Assembly: GCA_963801165.1 (NCBI GenBank)
Contig: CAWDDT010000011.1
Location: 416,001 to 480,000, forward strand
DNA from: an uncultured bacterium
GTDB taxonomy: Bacteria; Actinomycetota; Acidimicrobiia; Spongiisociales; UBA5794
Reading direction: 5' to 3'
DNA: 64,000 nucleotides
Both the position numbers and the translations under genes were made by a program. The notes beneath the pieces were generated by a model. The model was not told the origin of the DNA. It saw nothing but the letters and a program-made list of their open reading frames with translations, and did no database searches. Positions 55,166-63,226 of the stretch are shown here, in pieces; positions within the stretch are counted from its first letter, which is position 1; each line of letters opens with the position of its first letter.

Positions 55166-56251
55166 ATGACCACCACCTCATCATCCGATGAGGTCACGGT
55201 CGATGCGCTACAGCAGAAGATCTTCCTGCTCGAACAGGGGCTGAAGCAGTCGGCGCATCTCAGGGAGCTGTGGACGAACGCGGTCCGCGAGCTGAAGGCC
55301 ACCAGGGCTGAGCTGAGGAGATCCCTGGAGCGTTTGACCGAAGCCCACGAGCAGCTGGAGCAGAAGAGTGTCTCCTTGGAGAGGCTCAACCAGCATCTCA
55401 GTGAGGAGATGGAGCTTCGGGAGAGAATGGAGACCGAGCTGCGGCTGGCGCAGAAACTCGAATCGATCGGACAGCTCGCCGCGGGCCTTGCGCACGAGAT
55501 CAACACGCCCATTCAGTACATCGGGGACAACACCAGATACCTCGGCACCGACTTCGACGCGTGTCTGGCACTCTTCGACCAGCTCCGACCGATCCTCGAC
55601 GAGAATGCCGACCCCGCCATCCTCCTCGACAGGGCAAGACAGATCGTGGAGACCGAGGACCTCGCCGGACTGGCCGAAGATGTCCCCGACGCCCTGACCG
55701 AGACTCTCGAAGGCATCGAACAGGTGGCCGAGATCGTCAGCTCCATGAAGGAGTTCTCGCACCACGGGACCCAGGGCAAGACACCCGTTGACATCAACCG
55801 CGCCCTGCAGGTCACCGCCACAGTCGCTCGCAGCGAATGGAAAGACGTCGCGGAGATCGAATGGCAGCTTGCGGAGCTGCCCGACGTCTACGCCGTGGGG
55901 GCGGAGCTGAACCAGGTGTTCCTCAATCTCCTCGTGAACGCCGCCCAGGCCGTAGCGGAAGCGGCAAAGAAGAGAACCAGCCCGCCGGGTGTCATCAAGA
56001 TCACCACCGCTGTTGCCGCAGGCGGAGTCTCCGTCGAGGTGACCGACAACGGCATCGGCGTTCCCGATGACGTCAAGGAGCACATATTCGATCTCTTCTT
56101 CTCCACGAAGGATGTAGGCGTCGGGACGGGCCAGGGGTTGTCGATTGCACGCTCGATCGTCGTCGACCGCCACAACGGGACGATTGACATGGTCTCCGAG
56201 CCCGGCGTCGAGACGAGCTTCGTGATATGGCTACCGATAGGCTGCGGGTAG
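55166..56251 (+). CDS. Cytoplasmic histidine kinase (coiled coil + HisKA + HATPase)
   Basis: QKLESIGQLAAGLAHEINTP, QVFLNLLVNAAQA, DNGIG, FFSTK, GTGQGL. Confidence 0.93.
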   Translation: MTTTSSSDEVTVDALQQKIFLLEQGLKQSAHLRELWTNAVRELKATRAELRRSLERLTEAHEQLEQKSVSLERLNQHLSEEMELRERMETELRLAQKLESIGQLAAGLAHEINTPIQYIGDNTRYLGTDFDACLALFDQLRPILDENADPAILLDRARQIVETEDLAGLAEDVPDALTETLEGIEQVAEIVSSMKEFSHHGTQGKTPVDINRALQVTATVARSEWKDVAEIEWQLAELPDVYAVGAELNQVFLNLLVNAAQAVAEAAKKRTSPPGVIKITTAVAAGGVSVEVTDNGIGVPDDVKEHIFDLFFSTKDVGVGTGQGLSIARSIVVDRHNGTIDMVSEPGVETSFVIWLPIGCG

Positions 56252-56278
56252 CCACGGGCTACGACCGAACCGACATCC

Positions 56279-56545
56279 TCAGATCGTCGGGTCGAGGAGA
56301 CAGCGCACATAGAGCGCCTCGATCGCGTCGAGGTGCATCTCCGCGACACCGTCTGCGCTCAAAGCGTCGCGCAACGCCGTCATGCCGTCCGACCCGGGCA
56401 CTTCGCCCCGGATGGCGGCGTAGGCCGTCTCCATGAGATCGGGAGCGCACGACGAGGACACCAGACGCTGCGAGACTTGATCGTTTATCGAACGCATCCG
56501 CTCGGAGATGCGTCGCAACTGGGCGAGGTTCTCACTGGATCCCAT
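56279..56545 (-). CDS. Small hypothetical protein
   Basis: GAAGGAGG SD before ATG 56545; helical 88 aa product. Confidence 0.55.
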   Translation of the reverse strand: MGSSENLAQLRRISERMRSINDQVSQRLVSSSCAPDLMETAYAAIRGEVPGSDGMTALRDALSADGVAEMHLDAIEALYVRCLLDPTI

Positions 56546-56570
56546 CGGGTTCCTCCTTCCGGTGGAAACC

Positions 56571-57917
56571 CTATCGCAACGGTCGCGACCACGTTGTGTC
56601 GAATGACCAGCCGTTGGGGGAAATTGCCCCGGCGACTCCGGATCTGAAGAGATCGGCCACCGCGCCATCGAGTGCGACCAGAACCGCTTCGGCGACCGCT
56701 CCCGGGTTGGCATCGAGCCAGCGCACAACCTCGGAGGCGAGCACGGCGGTGGCCTCCGGCACGGGATAACCGTAGATTCCGGCGGAGATGGCAGGAAAAG
56801 CAATCGTCCGCGCGTCGATGGCCCGGGCCGCGTCGAGCGCACCCGATACTGCTGCCCGCAGCATGCCCTCATTGTCTTGACCCGACCGATATATCGGCCC
56901 GGCGACGTGGACGACGTGAGCGGCGGGTAATGCGCCTGCCCCGGTGACAGCTGCGCCGCCAACGGATAGCGGCCCGTGCTCACGCACCCATCGCGTCGAC
57001 TCGGTTTGGATCGCCGCACCCCCCGCCCGCACGATCGCACCGGCAACACCACCACCGTGCTGGAGGTGAGTGTTGGCGGCATTGACAATGACGTCGACGT
57101 TCTGCCGGGTGAGGTCCCCAACGATCACCCGGATACTCCCCTGTGCCCCGATCATCACCCAGCCGGGACCCGCCTCGATCCCGACCAGAGTCCCGACCTG
57201 ATCACGAAACGACGTGACATTGCCGGTGGTGAGGAACTCAACCGATGCACCAGTCGCGGGCTCACCAACCATCCGCAACACCTGTCGGGCAACCGCGGGA
57301 GCGGGATCGACCACCGTTATGTCGGGACCGGCGACTGCGGCAATGGCATCGAGCACAAACGGGTAGTGCGTGCAGCCGAGCACGAGAGTGTCGACGCCTG
57401 CTTTGCGCAATGGCGTGACGTAGCGGGCAACGAGGGCCCGTGTCTCTTCGGCGTCGCCCCCCAGCTGCTCGATGGCGCCGGCCAATCCCGGACAGGCCTG
57501 CTCGATGACTGTGGCCCCGTTGGCGTGGCGGTCAAGGACCGATGCGTACAGCTCTCCCTGAAAGGTGGCGTCTGTGGCCAACACACCGATGACCCCACGG
57601 CGACTCTGCGTCGCGGCCGGCTTCACGGCCGGCTCCATGCCGACGAAGCGCACAGCGGGAAACACTTCCCGCAGGTGATGAAGCGCCGCGGCGGAGGCGC
57701 TGTTACACGCGACGACCACCACATCGCAGTCGCGCCCGACCAGATACGAGGATATCGCTACAGCACGGTCTCGGACTTCCGTCAGACTTCGCTCACCATA
57801 CGGAGCCATGGCCTGGTCGGCGACGTAGATCAACGGATGCCCGGGAGCGAGCTTCAGGAACTCGTTGAGGACCGACAGACCGCCAACGCCGGAATCGAAT
57901 ACACCTACTCGTCCCAT
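56571..57917 (-). CDS. murI: Glutamate racemase fused to a C-terminal macrodomain
   Basis: GVFDSGVGGLSV, VACNSAS, LGCTHYP, then GDLT..VDVIVNAAN..GGGVAGAI..VHVAGP..AFPAISAGIYGYP in one frame. Confidence 0.9.
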   Translation of the reverse strand: MGRVGVFDSGVGGLSVLNEFLKLAPGHPLIYVADQAMAPYGERSLTEVRDRAVAISSYLVGRDCDVVVVACNSASAAALHHLREVFPAVRFVGMEPAVKPAATQSRRGVIGVLATDATFQGELYASVLDRHANGATVIEQACPGLAGAIEQLGGDAEETRALVARYVTPLRKAGVDTLVLGCTHYPFVLDAIAAVAGPDITVVDPAPAVARQVLRMVGEPATGASVEFLTTGNVTSFRDQVGTLVGIEAGPGWVMIGAQGSIRVIVGDLTRQNVDVIVNAANTHLQHGGGVAGAIVRAGGAAIQTESTRWVREHGPLSVGGAAVTGAGALPAAHVVHVAGPIYRSGQDNEGMLRAAVSGALDAARAIDARTIAFPAISAGIYGYPVPEATAVLASEVVRWLDANPGAVAEAVLVALDGAVADLFRSGVAGAISPNGWSFDTTWSRPLR

Positions 57918-58013
57918 CTCGCAGGTGACGATAGCGCCTGACCCTCCGGGTCAGGTTCGAGTTTGCTACGCAAACTCGGCCTCGTGGCTCGGGTCAGGCG
58001 TTATCCTCGCCGG

Positions 58014-58838
58014 ATGCGTATCGGGTATCAGGGCGAGCCTCATTCGTATAGCCACCGGGCCGTCGGAGAGATCTTTCCCGACAGCGAGCCCGTCGGCTAT
58101 CCCAGTTTCGTCGCGGCTTTCGACGCCCTCGACGACGGATCGGCAGACCGGCTGGTGATGCCCGTAGAGAACTCGACCACCGGCAGTGTGTTGCCGGTGC
58201 TGGATCGGCTCGCCGGTGCAGAAGGGCGGGGCCCCGTCTCCATTCGGCGCGAGCATCTCGTCGAGATCAGACACGCCCTGCTCGCGTTGCCGGGAGCCGG
58301 GCTCGAAAAGATTCGCTATGTGAAGTCGCATCCAGAAGCACTCGCTCAAGCGGAGCGCACTCTGGCCGGTCTTGGCATTCGCCCGGTACCGCGGCACGAC
58401 ACCGCAGGAGCGGTACGCGAGGTTGCCGGCGACGGCAACCCGGAGGTGGCTGCCCTCGGCCCGCCGGAAGCGGGACCTCCGCATGGTTTGGAGGTTCTCC
58501 GCACCGATGTGATGGATCGGGACCACAACACGACGAGATTCTTTGTCCTGGCGAAGGGCGCCACCGAAGTAGACCCCGATGATGACAAGACCACGATCAT
58601 GTTCGTCACCGCCCACCGGCCCGGGGCCCTCGCCCTGGCGCTCACCGAGCTCGGCCTGCGTGGCGCCAACCTCACGCGCATAGAGTCGCGTCCGAACGAT
58701 GAGGCATGGAGCTACAGGTTCTTTGTCGATCTGATCCATCCTGCTGGCCCCGAAGGTCTGCGCCAGGTCATCGAGCCGCAGCCCGCCACGCTCACCCGCC
58801 TCCTGGTTCTCGGGTCATACCAGGCGCGCCAGATCTGA
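58014..58838 (+). CDS. pheA: Prephenate dehydratase
   Basis: YQGEPHSYS, MPVENSTTGSV, SHPEALAQ, NTTRF, ACT domain NLTRIESRP..YRFFVD. Confidence 0.92.
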   Translation: MRIGYQGEPHSYSHRAVGEIFPDSEPVGYPSFVAAFDALDDGSADRLVMPVENSTTGSVLPVLDRLAGAEGRGPVSIRREHLVEIRHALLALPGAGLEKIRYVKSHPEALAQAERTLAGLGIRPVPRHDTAGAVREVAGDGNPEVAALGPPEAGPPHGLEVLRTDVMDRDHNTTRFFVLAKGATEVDPDDDKTTIMFVTAHRPGALALALTELGLRGANLTRIESRPNDEAWSYRFFVDLIHPAGPEGLRQVIEPQPATLTRLLVLGSYQARQI

Positions 58839-58841
58839 ACA

Positions 58842-59352
58842 CGCCGGGTTTTTCGGTGGTTAATCGCTTACGCCATGGGGTGTCTGGTCGACTGGTCCTT
58901 CTGAAACGTTGACATGGATGTTGACGAAGTGACGCACCGCCCTACAAGGAGGTACACGAAGTGCGTATTAATCAGAACATTGCGGCATACAACGCATACC
59001 GCAATCTTTCCACGACCAATGCTCAGTTGAGTAAGTCGCTCGAGAAGCTGTCTTCGGGTTTCCGGATCAATCGTGCTGCTGATGATGCGGCCGGGTTGGC
59101 GAAGTCTGAGTCGCTCCGTGCGGAGATCTCGGGTTCCCGTCAGGCGATCCGGAACGCTCAAGATGGTGTGAGTTTTGTCCAGACCGCTGAGGGTGCTCTC
59201 AATGAGGTGCATTCGATCCTGCAGCGTATGCGTGAGTTGGCTGTTGATGCGGCCAACACTGCAACCACCGACGGTACTGCCCAGCAGGCCGAGGTGACCC
59301 AGCTGCTGGCAGAGATCACCTCGATCGGCACCAACAGCACATTCGCAGGCAA
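58842..59352. repeat. 511-bp inverted repeat arm (partner 2205-2715)
   Basis: Matches the reverse complement of 2205-2715. Confidence 0.9.
58907..58954 (+). promoter_or_regulatory. Two CsrA-binding sites in flagellin leader (shared by all four copies)
   Basis: Hairpin CGUUGACAU-GG-AUGUUGACG (ACAUGGAUGU) and UACAAGGAGGUA overlapping the SD; consensus RUACARGGAUGU. Confidence 0.75.
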
Positions 59353-59779
59353 CAGTGTCTTCCAGGACTACTCGTCGGGTACCGCGCTGACGTTCCATGT
59401 CGGTTCCGGCGCCGGCCAGACGCTGGAGATCAGCGAGAACCTCGCCTTGTCCTCGAGCGACGTGTTCGGCACCAACCTGTCCACCGTCAGCGTCTCGTCC
59501 GATGCCAATGCGGCGATCACGGCCATCGACAATGCGATCGACGCAGTGTCCTCGACCAGGTCGACTCTTGGTGCTACCCAGAACCGTCTGGAGCACACGG
59601 TGGCGAACCTGAGTGTCGCTGTTGAGAACCTGTCGGCTTCCGAGTCCCGGGTTCGTGACACCGACATGGCTGAAGAGATGGTGTCGTTCACCCGGCATCA
59701 GATCATGGTTCAGGCGGGCACTGCGATGCTTGCCCAGGCCAACCAGGTCCCGGCATCGGTCCTCCAACTCCTCCAGTGA
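58961..59779 (+). CDS. fliC: Flagellin (copy 4)
   Basis: Flagellin N/C motifs, 272 aa. Confidence 0.98.
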   Translation: MRINQNIAAYNAYRNLSTTNAQLSKSLEKLSSGFRINRAADDAAGLAKSESLRAEISGSRQAIRNAQDGVSFVQTAEGALNEVHSILQRMRELAVDAANTATTDGTAQQAEVTQLLAEITSIGTNSTFAGNSVFQDYSSGTALTFHVGSGAGQTLEISENLALSSSDVFGTNLSTVSVSSDANAAITAIDNAIDAVSSTRSTLGATQNRLEHTVANLSVAVENLSASESRVRDTDMAEEMVSFTRHQIMVQAGTAMLAQANQVPASVLQLLQ

Positions 59780-59804
59780 GCTAGGACCCCCTCAGGTTGT
59801 ACGG

Positions 59805-59833
59805 AAAGGGGGCGGCACCGCCGCCCCCTTTTT
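59805..59833 (+). terminator. Intrinsic terminator after flagellin 4
   Basis: aaagggggcggc-acc-gccgccccc-ttttt. Confidence 0.85.
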
Positions 59834-59834
59834 C

Positions 59835-59861
59835 TTGATTGAGACGAGGTGGTGCCGACGG
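59835..59861 (+). promoter_or_regulatory. sigma28-type promoter for glycosyltransferase
   Basis: TTGA-N15-GCCGACGG. Confidence 0.7.
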
Positions 59862-59892
59862 AAAGAGGGCGTAGTCCCGAAGGGAGCCCTCA

Positions 59893-61917
59893 ATGCATGT
59901 CGTCATCCTGGCCTACGGCCCGCACCAGGTGACCAAGCACGCGGTGCGTCGCGCCCGCAAGCTGGCCGGCAGCGGCAGTCAGGTGATTGCCGTCGCCGCA
60001 TCACCGGTTGGGTCAGAAGCCGTCGCCTCGCTTCCCGGTGCCACCACCGTGGTCGGTTACGGAGGTTCTGCGCTCCGCACCGCGCTCACCCAACTTCCTC
60101 ATGAGCCGACGCTGCTCATCCACGACGACGTCGTCATCACCACCAGGGGTGTCGTCGCTCTGGAACGAGCTCTCGCCGACGGCGGCCGCTACGCCGTTCC
60201 CTTCACCAATGATCCAGGAATGGACAATTTCATCGGCTCTCTCCCCGCCGACAAAGAGGCGGAGCGGACTCTCGACCGGATGCGCGTTCCCGCCGAGGCC
60301 CGGACCGTCAACCATGTGCGACCCACCTGCGTCGCCGGAGCCGCCACCGACCTCATCGAGCTCCTCGAACACCCATTGGTCGATCCCTTTGCATCGATCG
60401 ATACGCCCCAACTCGAGTTCACCGTCGCCGGAAACGCGGTCGCCTCGCACGCGACACGTTGTATCCACAGGCTCGTGGCCGATACGGTGACAAGTGGACC
60501 GCTGCTGGTAGCCGCCCTGATCGTACGTGACGAGGAGGAGATGCTCCCGGAGTGCCTGTCGTCACTCGACGCGGTATGCGACCGGGTCGAGATCTGCGAC
60601 ACAGGCAGTACCGATCGCACGATCGAGATCGCACGGACGGCAGGCGCTGGCGTCATCGAGCGCCCGTGGGCCAACGACTTCGGTGCCGCTCGCAACGAAG
60701 TCCTCGGGCGATGCCGCGACGCCGGCTACGTGCTGTGGATCGACGCCGACGAGCGGCTGATCTGCCCCGACCCTGTGCAGACCCGCCGCTACCTGGCAAC
60801 CTATGCCGCCGAGCATCGGTCCTTCAATGTCGAGATCACCAACCGCGAGGCCGACGGTACCGAGCTCTACCGGTTCACCGCGGTACGCATCTTCCATGGC
60901 TCCGGAACGGAGTTCCGGGGTGCCCTTCACGAGGCCGTTCATCTAGCGGGCGATTCCCAGCCCCTCAACGGGCATGTCCTCAACCACGTCGGGATAGACC
61001 ACCTCGGATACGCCAAAGCTGTCGTCGCCGAGCGCAACAAAGCGCAAAGAAACCTCGAGATCGCCGAAGCCCAACACGAGGCGGACGGCGACGCACGGTC
61101 CGCGGTGCACCTCGCCCGATCGCTGAGCTACGCAGACGAGTCGCCGGAGAGGGCGATCGCCCTGCTCGAGGAGAGCCTCTCTGACATGCACAACCCGGCT
61201 ACGGCTGCACAGATCAAGGCTCTGATCGCCGACCGCCACCTCCAGTTGGGTGACAATCGCAAAGCCTTCGACATGGCACGCGAGGCACTCGCTCTCCTGC
61301 CCGGCGACGATACGGCGTTGGGCATGCTCGCCAAGGCGAGCGAGCGGCTGGGCAATCCGGCGGAACTCATCGCGGTCGCCGAGCAGTTCGGCAACCCCGA
61401 GACCGACCTCCACCTCGTGACCATCGAGCACAACCGGCTGGTCTTCCGCGACCAGCTGGTGAGCGCGTACGCCCGGGTCGGCCGGGCGGAGGAGGCCGTC
61501 GCCAACGCATTCGACCTTCTGGAGCACGATCCGGCAGCGCTCGGCAACTGGCCCGACTTGATCGCATGCCTCAGCACCCAATTCGGCGAAGCCGCACTCG
61601 AGTTGATCACCCCGCTCGCTCTCATGGACACCGTCGGTGGATTCCTCGAGCCCATCATCAAGACCTACGCCTCCGCCGCCGTTGCCGGCTTCTGTGTCGC
61701 CTACGCGAGCCGGGGTGGGGCGATCGCCGACGCAACCCGGGTCGGTCTGCTCGCTGCGGCTATGGCCGGCGACGACTCCTCATTCGAGACGCTGGCAGCC
61801 AAGGCAAGCGACCTCGACCCGTTCGTGCGGGTTGGTCTCGCCGACAAGATCGCCGCCACCGGCCGCCCCGACCTGGCAGAGAAGCTCCGAGCCCAACCGG
61901 TCGTGCTCAAGCTGTAG
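59893..61917 (+). CDS. GT2 glycosyltransferase with TPR-like C-terminus (candidate flagellin glycosyltransferase)
   Basis: LIVRDEEEMLPECL, DTGSTDRT, WANDFGAARN, WIDADE, HLGY; helical repeats after. Confidence 0.85.
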   Translation: MHVVILAYGPHQVTKHAVRRARKLAGSGSQVIAVAASPVGSEAVASLPGATTVVGYGGSALRTALTQLPHEPTLLIHDDVVITTRGVVALERALADGGRYAVPFTNDPGMDNFIGSLPADKEAERTLDRMRVPAEARTVNHVRPTCVAGAATDLIELLEHPLVDPFASIDTPQLEFTVAGNAVASHATRCIHRLVADTVTSGPLLVAALIVRDEEEMLPECLSSLDAVCDRVEICDTGSTDRTIEIARTAGAGVIERPWANDFGAARNEVLGRCRDAGYVLWIDADERLICPDPVQTRRYLATYAAEHRSFNVEITNREADGTELYRFTAVRIFHGSGTEFRGALHEAVHLAGDSQPLNGHVLNHVGIDHLGYAKAVVAERNKAQRNLEIAEAQHEADGDARSAVHLARSLSYADESPERAIALLEESLSDMHNPATAAQIKALIADRHLQLGDNRKAFDMAREALALLPGDDTALGMLAKASERLGNPAELIAVAEQFGNPETDLHLVTIEHNRLVFRDQLVSAYARVGRAEEAVANAFDLLEHDPAALGNWPDLIACLSTQFGEAALELITPLALMDTVGGFLEPIIKTYASAAVAGFCVAYASRGGAIADATRVGLLAAAMAGDDSSFETLAAKASDLDPFVRVGLADKIAATGRPDLAEKLRAQPVVLKL

Positions 61918-62010
61918 CAGCGTCGGGAGCAGCGTATTCGCCTCCAGGGGAGATGACCTCGAGCCAGATCGGCGTACGGACCACTATACATCGAGTGTAT
62001 AGGTGCCCTC

Positions 62011-62541
62011 ATGTCCACTTCGTACGCTCTGCTCGGGATCCTGGGCCGCCGGCCCAGTTATGGCTACGACCTGAAGCGCGGCTACGACACGCTTTATGGC
62101 AGAGAGAAGCCCCTTGCCTTCGGGCAGGTTTACGCCACCCTGTCCCGACTGCTCCGGGATCAGAAAATCTCCGAACAGGGCACGAGGCAGGGCGGCGGGC
62201 CGGAACGAAAGCTGTACGCCATCACCGACGTGGGCCGCAACGACGTCGAGGCGTGGCTTGCCACCCCGGAGGACGTCCACCCGAACGCGCAGACGGTGCT
62301 GTTCATCAAGGTCGTCACCGCGATCCTCCTCGACAAGCTGCCCGACGAGTACCTGGACACCCAACGCGCCTCTCACCTGGATCGGATGCGCGAGCTCACC
62401 AAGACGCGCCGCCAGGGTGATCTCGCTCAAGCTTTGCGGGCCGACTACGCCCTCTTCCACCTCGAGGCCGATCTGAGGTGGATCGACTTGACCGTCGCCC
62501 GATTGGGGCGCCTAAAACAGGAGATACGGAATGCCGGTTAG
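62011..62541 (+). CDS. PadR-family transcriptional regulator
   Basis: LLGILGRRPSYGYDLK, GQVYATLSRL, RKLYAITDVG, HLEADLRWID. Confidence 0.92.
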   Translation: MSTSYALLGILGRRPSYGYDLKRGYDTLYGREKPLAFGQVYATLSRLLRDQKISEQGTRQGGGPERKLYAITDVGRNDVEAWLATPEDVHPNAQTVLFIKVVTAILLDKLPDEYLDTQRASHLDRMRELTKTRRQGDLAQALRADYALFHLEADLRWIDLTVARLGRLKQEIRNAG

Positions 62542-63226
62542 GGGCAGCATCATCGAAGCCTTGAACGTGGCCAAGGCCTTCGGCGCCACGCCGGCACTGC
62601 GGGGGGCCAGCCTGGATGTGGCCCCGGGCGAGATCCTGGCAATCATGGGGCCGAGCGGCTAGGGCAAGTCGACATTGCTGCACTGCCTGGCCGGCGTATT
62701 CACTCCCGACAGCGGCGAGATCTGGTTTGACGGAAGGCGTCTCGACACTCTCGACGAGGCGGCGCGCACGGTCCTGCGGAGAACGGCTTTCGGCTTCGTC
62801 TTCCAATTCGGCCAGCTGGTTCCTGAGCTGACCGCAGCGGACAATGTGGCCTTGCCCCTTCTCTTCAACAACGCAGGCCGCAAGAAGGCGTACCAGGTTG
62901 CGGAGTCGTGGCTCTACCGGCTCGACCTCGATGGCTTTGAGGAGCACCGGACGGGCGAATTATCCGGCGGTCAGGCGCAAAGGGTCGCCTTAGCCCGAGC
63001 CCTCGCCGTACGACCGAGGGTCATCTTCGCCGACGAGCCGACCGGCTCGCTCGACTCGCTCGCAGGAGAGAAGGTCATGGATATGCTCGTAGACCTGGTG
63101 CGATCCGAGGGGACGACCGTGGTGCTCGTAACCCACGATCCCCGCGTCGCCGCCTATGCCGATCGCGAGGTCATCGTGCGAGACGGCAGGATCGTCACAC
63201 ACGAGAAGGAAGGGGTGCCTGAATGA
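62531..63226 (+). pseudogene. LolD/MacB-type ABC ATPase with in-frame TAG in Walker A
   Basis: IMGPSG*GKSTLL (TAG at 62660-62662), then GFVFQ, LSGGQAQRVALARAL, FADEPTG, VTHD. Confidence 0.8.

Noticed and set aside
62660-62662. Pyrrolysine or recoded TAG
   Set aside because: TAG terminates several genes in this window (e.g. flgK, flgL, csrA); a single TCG>TAG change is simpler.
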